Origin: Salpingoeca rosetta
Taxonomy: Eukaryota; Protista; Choanoflagellata
Direction of reading: 5' to 3'
Assembly: GCA_033442325.1 (NCBI GenBank)
Contig: JAWQFM010000017.1
Span: forward strand, 485,905 to 549,904
DNA: 64,000 nucleotides
Positions 39,319-57,502 of this stretch are shown in pieces. The first letter of the stretch is position 1; every line of letters begins with the position of its first letter. A program made the position numbers and the translations under genes. The notes under the pieces are model-generated. The model did not search any database. It saw only the letters and a program-made list of their open reading frames with translations, and was not told where the DNA came from.

Positions 39319-41417
39319 ATGAAGATCATGGGAGAAACGAGTGTTCGCCAGACCCATTCCATGCGCCACCCCATCCTGGAACGTCGCCCACGCCATGCCA
39401 GCCACAGCCACCACGACCACGACCTTCATGACCATAACGACCACACCAACCACCACGACTGTTATGACACCAAGGACAATGTGCACCTCACCAAGCACCG
39501 CCGCTACCGCCGTCGCCGCAAGCGCCATCTTGGCACATGCATTGTGGCCGCCCTGTACCTGAGCCTGCACACCACGGCAACCTTTTCACCCAACAGCATC
39601 GCACACGCCTCCCTCCTGCCCACACCCGCAGACTTCCTGACCCGCTCACAGGCCCAGAGCACAGCCGACGCAGCATCAACAGCAGCCACAGCCGTGTCAA
39701 CCAACAGCGAGGATGTGGCACCGACTGGCGCTGACGATACGAATGACATCAACGGCGACATTCCATCGCCGTGGGGTGACCTGGCCATGGGCACGTTTGC
39801 ATGCTGGTTCCCGACACCCTTCCATGAGGAGATTGCGTCATCTGCGCGTGCATCTGAGGCCCTCGTCCACGCCGTCCTCGCCGCCGCGTCCGTGTCTTCC
39901 TCTGTGCTCAAGGGCCACAGCGTCACCACATATGTCGGGGACAGGGACACTGCCGGCGTGAAGGTCGAGCTATCCATCAACGGCACCGCTGCACTCCAGC
40001 ACCTGTTCGACATGGCCGAGGACCCCGGCATTGCCATCCGTCTTGATGGTGACGGGCTCGTTGTCGCGCGCCCGCTCATTGCGCCCTCCGATGGCGATTG
40101 CGAGACGCGTGGTGACTGCTCGACCGTGTATCCGCCGACCAAAGGTGCCGGCAAGCTGGACACCCCGCACCTGGTGATTATTGTGCTGGGCAGTGTGGTT
40201 GGCGGTGTTGCGCTGGTGACTGCGGTGCTGATGATGGGCGGCGTGTTCAGGTCGCACAGCAGCGGCGGTCGCAGCTTCTTCTTGTCGGCGACGCAATCGT
40301 CGTCGTCGTCGTCGTCGCGTGGTCACAGTGGCGGGGTGAGCGTGCTGCAGTTGGGCGCGCAGGTGAGCAACGGCAGCGCGTCCAACCACCAAGATCCGCA
40401 CCAGCAGCACCGTGGCGATGATGGGTTTGGTGGCAACACCGCCATGCTCCCCATGCACACGCTGGACGACCTGGTGGGCAGCAACGCCAACCCGCCCTTT
40501 GGCGACGCAGCCACCATGTATGCGCCCCACGGCACGCACTACACCTCGCCCTCCATGCAGTTCAACTCGCCGCCGCACAATGACATCAGCAACAGCCACT
40601 CGTCGAACGGCGACAGCAGCGGCGCGTCGCCCCGTTCATCGTCAGAGGACCTCACCTCCCTCACCCGCAGCAACAGCAGCCACGGCCACGGCAGCCGCGC
40701 GTCTCTGGTGGTGCAGCCTGCGGTTGTTCCACTGCACGTGGGCGAGCATGACGGCGTGGCGGATATGGGCATGGATCGCGTTGACAGCGGCGTTGCTCAC
40801 GACCAGCACTATCACCAGCAGCCGCATGAGTACAGCCACCAGTCGCATCAGCACCAATATCACGAGCACCAGCAGCACGAGCACCAGCAACAGCAGCAGC
40901 AGCAAGCACTTGCTGTTCCGCACCATGCCGAGGTGTTGTCTCAGCAGCCACCGATGATGGACATGCAGTTTGATCTTGAGGACCCCCATATGGCGTCCAT
41001 CCCTCTGGACGTGAGCAACGACCTGTTTACAGATATGTTCAGCATGCACTCGCCCGGCCTCGCTGCCGCCTTGGCAGAGGACGCCAACTCGCTCCCACCC
41101 ATGACGCAGCCGACGCACGCGCATACACAGCCGCAGCACAGCACGCTGCAAATGCAGCTGAGCAGCACGCACAACCCGCACGGCGCAGCCGTCGGCATGC
41201 AGCAACAGCAGCACCACCAGCAGCAGAGGACGGGGCACGTTGTGCAGCAGCCGCGGTTGTGGGAGCGCCGCCGCCACCATCGCCAAGGCGTCACCACGCA
41301 GCAGCAGCAGCAGCAGCAGCAGCAACGTGTTGATGCGATGCCAGACGCGCTTGATCACCTCCTGCTTAACATGCCAACGTCGACGGCACTTCCTCCCCCT
41401 CCTCACCCACAGCAGCA

Positions 41418-41456
<39 letters not shown>

Positions 41457-41852
41457 ACTGCCTCAGCTTAATGTTCGGAGCGGCAACGGCAGCAGCAGCA
41501 GCAACAACAGCACTGGTGCCAAGAACAACAAAGGCGGAAGCAAGAAGAAGGCCACGCAGCTGAAGAAGAAGGGTGGGGAGCAGGACAGCGGGGCAAACAT
41601 GCCAAACAAGGTGCGTGTTCATGTTGGTTTGCGTTACATTGGGTTGCGCTTTGTCTGGTGGAGAGCGGGTGTGTATGTGTTTGTGTATGTACGTGCGTGT
41701 GAGTGACTGCGTGAACTGATTTGCATGTTTTTCTCCTGTCTGCTTGTGTTGCCAATGTTGACAGGGTGCAAGCGCTGTTCGCAAGCCCACCAAGGGCACC
41801 ACAAAGAGGGTGAGTGATCTCTTTGCGTGTGAGCATGCGTGCGTGTGTGTGC

Positions 41853-41897
<45 letters not shown>

Positions 41898-42152
41898 TGT
41901 GTGTGTGTGTGCGTGTGAGTGTGTGTGAGTGTATGTGTGTGTGAGTGTTTTGTGTGTCTGGCACAACGTGTGCACGTTGCAGCGAGCTCACTTTGCCTCT
42001 TCCTCATGCACCATGTGTGACCAGGCCCGGCAGCAGGCGAGCCAGGATAAGCCCAAGACGCGCGTGCGCGATCGTCGCGAATACATGAAGTCGTACAGAC
42101 GTCAGCGCCGTCAGCTGGTCAGTATCTCCCGAGGACTGCACCACGTGTGTCT

Positions 42153-42202
<50 letters not shown>

Positions 42203-42574
42203 GTATGTGTGTGTGTGTGTGTGCGTCATACACATGCACGCATCGTCAGTGTTGTACTTTCATTGTTCGGCAGCACATGGTGAGCCATCTCCGCCATCAC
42301 ACAAAACCCGCGTCACATCACTCACGAACTGCCACCCCATTGCGCAACGTGCAAACCACGCAACCAGATTGATGAGCTGCAAGAGCGCGTGGCGCAGAAG
42401 GAGCAGGAGAAGCAGCAGTTGCAGACGCGCGTGGACGAGTTGGAGGACTTGGTGAGCCGCTTCAAGCAGATGCTTCCACCACACATGTTCACTGCCGTCG
42501 TCAACGCGACAAACAACAGCAACAGCAACAGGGGTGACGAGGGTGTGATGAATGTCACAACATCGCAGTGCTGA
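39319..42574 (+). CDS. Predicted type I membrane protein with cytoplasmic C-terminal bZIP-like domain
   Basis: Exons 39319-41610, 41765-41809, 42025-42117 and 42368-42574, all phase 0. Signal-like segment at 39529-39609, TM LVIIVLGSVVGGVALVTAVLMMGGVF at ~40171-40248, a Q/H-rich tail, then RDRREYMKSYR-x9-L-x6-K-x6-L-x6-L. The start codon is uncertain because the frame is open from 38989. Confidence 0.78.
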
Positions 42575-43130
42575 ACTGCGCACAAGAAATGCTATGCTTG
42601 CGGTTGTTCTTCTTTTGCTTTGAGATTGTATCGCAAGTCAGCGTGCGAGCAAGCAGAGCACGTTGTATCTGCCCAGCTTCATTGTTAAGACGTTAAGACG
42701 TTAGATGACACACATACACACTTGCGTGTGTCTCGGTTCACTCTTTGTGCTTATTCGCTTTGTGCTCCTGCTTCTGCATCTGGCTTGATTTTATTTCTTA
42801 TTCTGTCTTCCTTGAGTTCACGGCAGCTTGTATCCCTCTCTTACGATGGCGGTCGCAGTGTCGTTCAGCTTACGTACATCTCCTCTGTTTCCCTTTTGTA
42901 CATACAACCACATACACGTGTGCATGCACGACGATTGTGACTGACATGACAGACAAGTGTGACATGGTTGGACACGAAGCAAACAACAGCAAACGACACA
43001 CATACACGCAAGCAAAACGCACCGTCAGAGGGAGGAGTGCTGCCTTGAAAGTCGTCAATTCGTGGTGCAATTCTCAGCAAGGAACAAGAAGCAAGGAAAG
43101 CGAGCGAGGAAGGACGTGCACTGCACACAC

Positions 43131-43218
43131 ATGGCTGGCTTGCTTCGGCGCGGCGCGCGGCAGATTGCCGTCGTCGGTGGTGGCCCCTCAGGCTTCTACA
43201 CGGCACAGTACTTGCTCA

Positions 43219-43302
<84 letters not shown>

Positions 43303-45837
43303 AGACACGCGTGTATGCACTTGCTCACGTGGAGTGTGTTTGCAGAGACTCAATGTGTGTGCACTTGCTCACGTGGAGTGTGTGTGCGTGTGCTTGTCAG
43401 TACTTGGGCGGGTCACTGCAGCAATTGGACATGTTTGAGCGACTTCCTGCGCCATATGGCCTCGTCCGCTATGGCGTCGCCCCAGACCACCCAGAGGTGT
43501 GTGCGCATATGTGTGGTGTTGGAACCTGCTCCGCACTCTGCCAAGCAATCAAGCTGTCGCACCCCAAGCTCACTCACATTCAAACACTCGCGCACATTCG
43601 TACATATAGGTGAAGAACTGCATTGCCCAGTTTGAGGCAGTGGCTGAGAACCCAGCGTTTCGTTTCTTCGGCAACGTCCCTGTCGGAGACACACTGCCCG
43701 GGCAGCAAAGCGTCAAGGTCTGTGCGTGCGTGCGCGCATGTGTGCGTGTGTGTGTGCTTGAGTGCACGTCGCACGTGTGTGGTTTATTGAGTGCACTCTC
43801 AACCCTTCTTGAGGGGTTGTGCAAGCACATGTAAGCACACATTCCTGGCTTTCCTCACTCAACCCGTCGCCCAACATACACATACACGAACAACAAACAT
43901 GTGTTGGCTGCACTTGCTTACACCGGCACCGCTGTTGTTACTGACGTTGCTGTTGACAGCTGGAGGAGCTGCGTGAGGCGTATGATGCGGTTGTGTTGTC
44001 ATATGGAACCATTCGGGAGCGCCGGCTGGGGGTGCCAGGCGAGGACTTGGGCAACGTCATATCCGCCCGCGAGTTTGTTGGCTGGTACAACGGGCACCCC
44101 GAGCACCAGCAGCTGCCGGCTGACCTTCACGGCAAGAACGTCGTCATCGTGGGACAGGTGTGAGGTGTAAGCCATGTGTTTGTTCACTGCTGTCTCTTCT
44201 GTGGCCCTCGCTCTCTGGTTGTGTTGTGGTGTTGTTATCGTTTTGTGCATCCCTAATGTGCTGTGACATGTGGTCTTGTCCGTCCCACGTGTGTCCCATG
44301 CTGCGCTCACAACTACGCCACAACACACTCATTCGACTCTCCGCCCCCTGTCCACCTTTACGTTCTCTCTTCTCTCCGCTTTCTGCTCTCTTCTCTCTGC
44401 TCTGCTCTCTGCTCTCTGCTCTCTGCTCTCTGCTTCATTCCCGCCCTTGTGCATGTGCTGCACGGTCACATCAGGGCAACGTGGCACTTGACTGTGCTCG
44501 CATGCTCCTGGCCGACCCATCATATCTGCGCAAGACCGACATCACAGAGACGGCGTTGCAACATCTCCACAGCAGCGGAATCCAGCGCGTGTCTGTCGTC
44601 GGCAGGCGCGGGCCCATCGAGGTATTGTTTGGAAATGGGGGGGGGGGCAAGGAATTGGTGAGGGGTTGGTGCGAGGTGTGTGTGTGTGTATGTGTGTTTG
44701 TGTGTGTATGTGTGCGTGTGTATATGTACTGTTGTCAGCCTCACCGCACGCAACTACTGTGCGTGCTTGGTATTGTGCAGGCTGCGTTCACCATCAAAGA
44801 ATTGCGCGAATTGACCAAACTGAGCGGCGTTGCGTGCCACGTGGACAAACACCACGTCGACTTTACGCAGGTGCGTCAACAGAAGTGTGCACTGTCTTGT
44901 TACCATTCGTATGTGTGTGTGTATGTGTCATGTGCGAACACCTACTGCTACTTTGACGTGAGTGAGACCTGCACACATAACAGTACACACACCCACACAC
45001 ATACACATACACTTTCTTTGTTTGTTCATCTGTGCATCAACAACCGAACGCACTCCCCCCTTGTGCCCTGTCAGGATGAGCGCGATTACATCAAGGCCAC
45101 GCGACGCATCACGCGCATGATGAAACTGCTCGCCGACGTCGCAGTTGCCCCAGACACACACGCAGGTGTGAGTGTGTGAATGTGAGGGTATGTGTGTGAA
45201 TGTGTGTGTGAGCGTATATGTGTGTGTGTGCATAATGTGTCGTTTGCTAAGGCTTCCACGTGTTGTATGTGTGGACCCCTGCTGAAATCCGACGCGATTT
45301 TCGCCTGCAGACGGAGTGAAGCACTGCGATATCCAATTCTTCCTCTCGCCAAAGGAATTTAGGGAGAGCACAGACAACGTGAGTGAAGCGTAATGCAATG
45401 TGTGTTTGCTTGTTTATGTGTGTGTGTGCGCACATGTGTGTGTGTGTTGTTTATGTGTGTGTGTTGTTGTGTGTGCTGTTGTTGTTGTTGTTGTGTGTGT
45501 GTGTGTGTTGTGTCACCTCCGCATTCTCTCCGGCTCCACACACTGCACACACATGTACACTGCAAACACGCCCACACACATCCCCTTCCCCATCTCTCAC
45601 CCTACATGTGCGCGCTGCTGGTGGTGGTTGGTTCGGGTCAGGGCGGGCGCGTCGGGGAAGTTGTGTTCAACGTGATGAAACTTGAGGGCGATATTGGACG
45701 GCGCCGCGCAGTCCCCACCGGCCAGGAGAGGTGTGCACTGCGATGCAAGGGAGGGAGGGAGGGGGTTTGGCTTGTGTGTGTGTGTGTGTATGTGTGTTGT
45801 GTGTGTGTGTGTGAGTGCGTGTGTGTGTGTGTGTGTG

Positions 45838-45876
<39 letters not shown>

Positions 45877-47011
45877 GTGTGTGTGTTTGCAAGCTTTGCC
45901 GTACAATCCTTTATATGTTCTGCCGCTCGTGCATTCTTCTTTGCCAACTCCCCTCTCCCAAACACATCACCACTGCGTCACCACCACCACACACATCACA
46001 TCACATCACATCACATCACATCACATCACATCACATCACGTGCCAGGACGCTGCCTGCGGATCTGGTGATCAAGAGCATCGGATATCAGGGCCACAGCAT
46101 CGATCCCGCACTCCCGTACGACCCGACACGAAACGTCATTCGCCACGACGGCGTCGGTGCGTTTGGGAAAAGACATGGCGCCTGTAAGCGTGTGCGTGTG
46201 TGTATGTGTGTATGTGCATGTATGTATGTGTGTATGTGTGTGTATGTGTGAAGCACTCTGCACCCATGTCACATCACTGAATGCCGTGTTCTGACTTGTT
46301 CGTTCGTCAACCCACTACTGCAGGGCGGGTGAGTGGGCTGGATGGCGTGTACTGCAGCGGATGGATCAAGAACGGGCCCGCAGGCATCATCGCCACCACC
46401 ATGGTCGACGCAAACAACACAGCACGCGCCATCGCCGACGACTTTTCAGACGCCAATGCTGCCGGTCCTACTGCTGCTGCTGGTAGTGGTGATGGTGGTG
46501 ATGATCGGGATGATAAGCGCGAACAGCTCGTGAACAGGATAGCACCCCAGGTGCGCGCATACGCTTTGTCTGCCCATGCGTGTGCGCACTCTTGATTGTC
46601 TTGGCTCGCGTGTGTGCGTTTGTGTTGTTGCTTGGCACTCATGTTGGCGTGTTCCTTGTGCTGTCGCAGGCTGTGTCATTTGAGCAGTGGAAGAAGCTTG
46701 AGGCGTGGGAACGACAGCAGGTGAGCTGACAACAGGCATTGCCGCAATGAAGGCGCATTCTCACATCCATGACAACAACCTATGGGGCGCACAAACACAC
46801 ACACACATACATACACACGCTTGCAGTCACACACACTTACGCACACTTGCGCACACAAACACACACACTCACACACACACACACGCACACACGCACGCAC
46901 ACGCACACACACACACACACACGTGTTTAGGGGAAGCAATTGGGAAAACCGGCAGAGAAGTGCACAGATGCAGAGCAGATGCTGCACATATGCCACAATG
47001 CACCATCGTGA
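43131..47011 (+). CDS. FDXR: NADPH:adrenodoxin oxidoreductase (ferredoxin reductase), multi-exon
   Basis: [94 protein letters not shown], and last exon 46931-47011 [10 protein letters not shown]. Confidence 0.97.
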
Positions 47012-47349
47012 TCACGATGATGATGACGATGAGGCAGAGGTGGTGGACGGAATGGCTCGTGCTGACACTGGCGTGATGTGCTCTCGAATACGCGTGTGAT
47101 GCCTCACGTTGGCATGTTGGCATGGCTGTTGGTTTACGCCAGGGTGTGTTCGGAGGTTCAGTTCAATACAGGGCAGTCTTAAATTCAGTACAGCAGTGTG
47201 ACAGCGCATTTGAGTCTGCTTGTTGGAGGGATAAAACTATGACTAGAGTCAGTTCGAGCCTGACTGAAAGTGATAAGACACAAGTAACATTCAACAGAGA
47301 GATAGAGCAGTGCAATGCACACACACACACACAGACACACACACACACA

Positions 47350-47391
<42 letters not shown>

Positions 47392-47412
47392 AACACACAA
47401 AATCACCCCGTG

Positions 47413-49035
47413 TCACGCGCCAGGGTGGAGCGAAATGTGTGATGCAAAAGCGACCGCGTCCTGGCCCGTGCATGGGTGCTGGAACAGCACCAACAGCACC
47501 TGCCGTGGAGTAATCGAAATAATGCCAGCAAGCAGGCAGCATGTGGGGGGACGCGTATGGTGAGACTTGATGAGGAATAGTGGGAGAAAGGGGGGGGGGG
47601 CCCAAGTCAACAAAGGAATGACGAAACGCATGTTCACGAGTGCGAGGATGTGAGACGGCCAACAACAGCGACACCCAACTTCATGCAAGCAAGGGGCGCA
47701 TGTAACTAGACTACATGCACATGTGTGTGTGTGTATGTGTGGCTGAGATGCAGGAGAGGAGATACGAGAAGTACAGCGAACAGCGAGCAAAGAGGACAGC
47801 AGCACGACAGCATGCGCCACGCACGCCATACACACACACACACAACGATGCACTATGTATGCATATTTGTTTGTGCGTTGGCGGTGTTGCTTCTTTGCTT
47901 GTGAGCCGTGCAACAGCAAGCAAGATAGCACACGAAGCGCGCTGGCTTTAAGTACCCAGTGTATCAAACACACGCTCTCTCTCTCACTCACTCACACAGA
48001 CTCACACACACATACACACACATGCACACACACATACACACACATGCACACACACGCATACACATACACATGCACAGGAAATGGTTGTGTATGTGCTTGT
48101 GAGCTTGTTGATGGGACTGCATACTCACGCCTAGCTCCGTGCGCCGAAGAACAAGGCCAAGCTTGCGAGCGCGACCCATTGCCACCATCCTGTGGTACGA
48201 GTGCGTGAGTGTGGGTGTGATAGTGTGGGTGTGTGGGAATGAGTGACGCTGTTGGCTGCGTGGAAGCCTGTCCTCATTGCAGTCCTGCCAGCATGCGCGA
48301 CAACACGACAACACAACACAATCCAACACAATCCAGCCCAACACAACACCCGCACTCACAACGCTACCACACCAGCACAGCACGGACGGAAGCATGCACG
48401 CATGCAGCCACATGACCAGTTGCCGTGTCTCTCTCCCCCTTGCAACGCCGCAAGGTCACTCACTGGTCCACGTCGCGGCGAACGATCATGAGCTTGGTGC
48501 CGCGTGTCTCAAACGAGGAGACATCTGGGCGATCCAGCAGCGTGCTGTACAGGTCAAGCGCAGCCTACATGGAAGCAAGAGGGGGAGCAGGCGAATGCAC
48601 TGGGATTGAGGAGAGCTGCGTGCAGTGCGTGTATCAACCGTGCACATGTCGATTGACGGCACTGGCAAGGTGCGCAGAGGTAAGGGGGGGGGGAGGAATG
48701 GGCACAGAATCGAAGGCAGACAGACAGACAGACGGACAGACGGACAGACGGACAGACGGACAGACGGACAGACGGACAGACAGACGGACAGACGGACAGA
48801 CGGACAGACGGACAGACGGACGCAGACAAACACAAACACACACCGCACAGACACACACAGACACACAGACACACACAGACACACAGACACACACACACAC
48901 GCACACACACACACACACCACACACCACAGCATACACACCTTGTCCACGTCCACTGCATCCAAGGAGCCTTGCAACACGCGTAGTCTGCCGTGCTCCAGA
49001 AGCCCACACCCCAACACACCAACAGTAGCCGACAT
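47413..49035 (-). CDS. Small (114 aa) divergent profilin-like protein
   Basis: Exons 49035-48940, 48564-48464, 48189-48129 and 47499-47413 splice in phase to [114 protein letters not shown]. The pattern GxKxMxxRxD..G+x+x(K/R)T..++++x(F/Y)xxP..GQ is profilin-like. The gene model is firmer than the fold call. Confidence 0.65.
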
Positions 49036-49077
49036 TGTAACCGTCAGTCCTTCCTGAGAGAGAGAAAACAAACAACG

Positions 49078-53952
<4,875 letters not shown>

Positions 53953-54270
53953 CACACGCACGCATTGGGGGTGCTGCGCAGTGCATGCTCTGTGTATGTG
54001 TGTGTGCGTGTTTGGTAATCGAGGAGCTGGTCTTCTCTGTGTTGTTGATTTCATTTCCACATTGTCTCATCTTGCGTTCGTTTATTGGCCGTTGCGGTTT
54101 GTGTGTATGTACAAAAGATACAACAGTGCAACGTCAACTATGCGCTATTCATTACAGTACAGCTGAACCACACACACACACACACGCGCGCGCACACTGA
54201 CTTACTCACGCACACACACTCACACACATACACACACAAGGCAAACTCACACCAACACACCAACACACCA

Positions 54271-55355
54271 TCACATGTCATCACCGAAGGACAAGAGCCC
54301 CGTGTTCTTCTTGCTGAGGGACTTGGCCAGCTTGCCCTTCTTCGCCTTTTTCTTCTTCTGCTGCTTTCCTCCCTTAGCCCCACCATCACCATCACCATCA
54401 CCATCGCCATCACCAGCCCTGTCCTTGTGCTTGGTCTTCTTTGTCGTTGCGTGCAGCGTGCGCTTCATGTTCTCGCGGTCCTTTTGTAACCGCTGCTTCA
54501 CTGTTGTTGCGTTCGCTGCAGACAGCACACCCTGCGCCCCCTCTGCCCGCACGCAGTGAGCGAAGGCGGGGAAGTGGAGGACACGTGGAGGGGGTGGAGA
54601 GTGTGTGCACGAGCATCGATGTGGGGTGGAAGTGAGCGTGAGTGGGCGCAAGGGCAAAGCGTCATGTTTTATCAAGTGCAGGCCGTAAGCATGGTTGCAA
54701 GCAGCTTCATGCACGTTGCACAGCCACGAACCTGCGCCAGCGAGGATGGCCTGCTCGGCCTCGGACTGGGTCAGGTCTCCCTTGTTCAGCACAACAACGG
54801 TCTGGCATGGCAAACCACACGCAAGCAGCAAACGTGTCAGTCATACAAGCACAAGCACACACACACACACACACACACGCACGCACGCACGCAGTGTCGC
54901 GTGTGGCTAGCTAGCAAGGGTAGGAGGGGTGGCAAGGTCAGGAAGGACGCATCTGCCACATGCACACCACTGTGATTGACCACACAGGTGTGCATGTGAC
55001 TCAAGACACAAGCCTATCACATTGCAAACCCCACACTACTGCTCTGCCAACCGCACCACCACCACCCACGTCGGCTTGACCAACAACGCACATGTGAAAG
55101 ATACGAACACAAAACACAGCCGCACCGGTTGCTCTTCATCTCTGACGTCGAGGAGATTCGGATCATCATCATCGTCATCGTCATCGTCACTGAACCGCGG
55201 GGCATCTCTTCGCTTCTTGTCAAACTTGGCGTTGAGGTCGTTGTTGCGCTGCTCCTCCCGCGATTTCAGGCCGTGCTTTGCTCTGCAGAAGCCATGAGCA
55301 AAAAGGAGCAGAGCCACCGATGAGATCTAACGTGCCACAGCAGCATGAACCTTGA

Positions 55356-55446
<91 letters not shown>

Positions 55447-55702
55447 ACACCAGCCGCTCACCTCAACTGCTGGATGAACGGTGCCTCAGCGATGCCCTGC
55501 ATGATGGGTGAGACGCACAAACCGGTGAGCTGACTGCACACGGCCACAGCTACAACCCCCTCCCCTCTTGCACAAGGACACATCCATGACCACCACATCC
55601 CCCCGCGCAAACACAGGTGCACACACGTACCGTGTGCATGACGTTGACCTTGCGACCACCGCCACCTTTGCCCTTCTTGCCTCCTTTTCTTCCGCTCATC
55701 AT
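54271..55702 (-). CDS. KIAA1143: KIAA1143/DUF4604 family protein, multi-exon
   Basis: Spliced peptides EAPFIQQLR, DVRDEEQP|TVVVLNKGDLT and C-terminal KNTGLLSFGDDM*, matching EPAFL, DEQPQVVVLKKGDL and KNSSLLSF. Confidence 0.88.
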
Positions 55703-55907
55703 CGAACGTTGCGCTGCTTTTCGCTGCTTGCTGAAAAGTGGCGGATGATTTGAGATAATTTTCTGTGAAAGAAGCCGCAACACACACATTCACGCACGCA
55801 CACCACCACCCGATATCATCACCGCCAGCAACAGCGCTTGTCTTGACTGACGTCCATCACTGTTCTTCTTCGTGCTAGCCACACATAACAACAACAACAC
55901 CAAAGTC

Positions 55908-57044
<1,137 letters not shown>

Positions 57045-57502
57045 AGAGACAAGCCAACCAAGGACGCGTGGTTCTGTGGTTTTGTGCTGTGTTGTAGTGC
57101 GACTCTTTGTATTTCTTTGACGTGCAAATTTGTGTGTGCGCATGAGGCATTCGTCGCGAGCAACGCGTGACGTTGCCGCATGGTGCATGTGAGTGACCAA
57201 GAGCTGGAGCTGGGAGGGAGGCGTTGAGCTGTGAATGTTTGGCGGTGTTGACGCGTGAGTGCAGCGTGTTCTCGTCAAGTTCACAAGCAACAAAGCAAGC
57301 AAGCAAGCAAGCGAGGTTGGTTGTGGAAAGTTGTGTGTGCCATGCGTGGATTTCGGACAACCAATGGCAGTGATCAACAATGTCCTGCCGGCCAACACAC
57401 ACACACACATGCATTCATACTCATACATGCATTCATACATACATTCATACGTACAGCACACACACACACATACATACAAACACACACATAAATACACACA
57501 CA

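Noticed and set aside
47248-47264. Perfect tRNA T-arm-like hairpin gtcag-ttcgagc-ctgac
   Set aside because: No convincing acceptor stem, D-arm or anticodon arm upstream; likely chance. tRNAscan-SE would settle it.
47413-47499. FQHPCTGQ resembling the RluA pseudouridine synthase C-terminal FxHPxTG
   Set aside because: Upstream exons lack the HRLD catalytic motif, and the whole product is only 114 aa with a profilin-like pattern.
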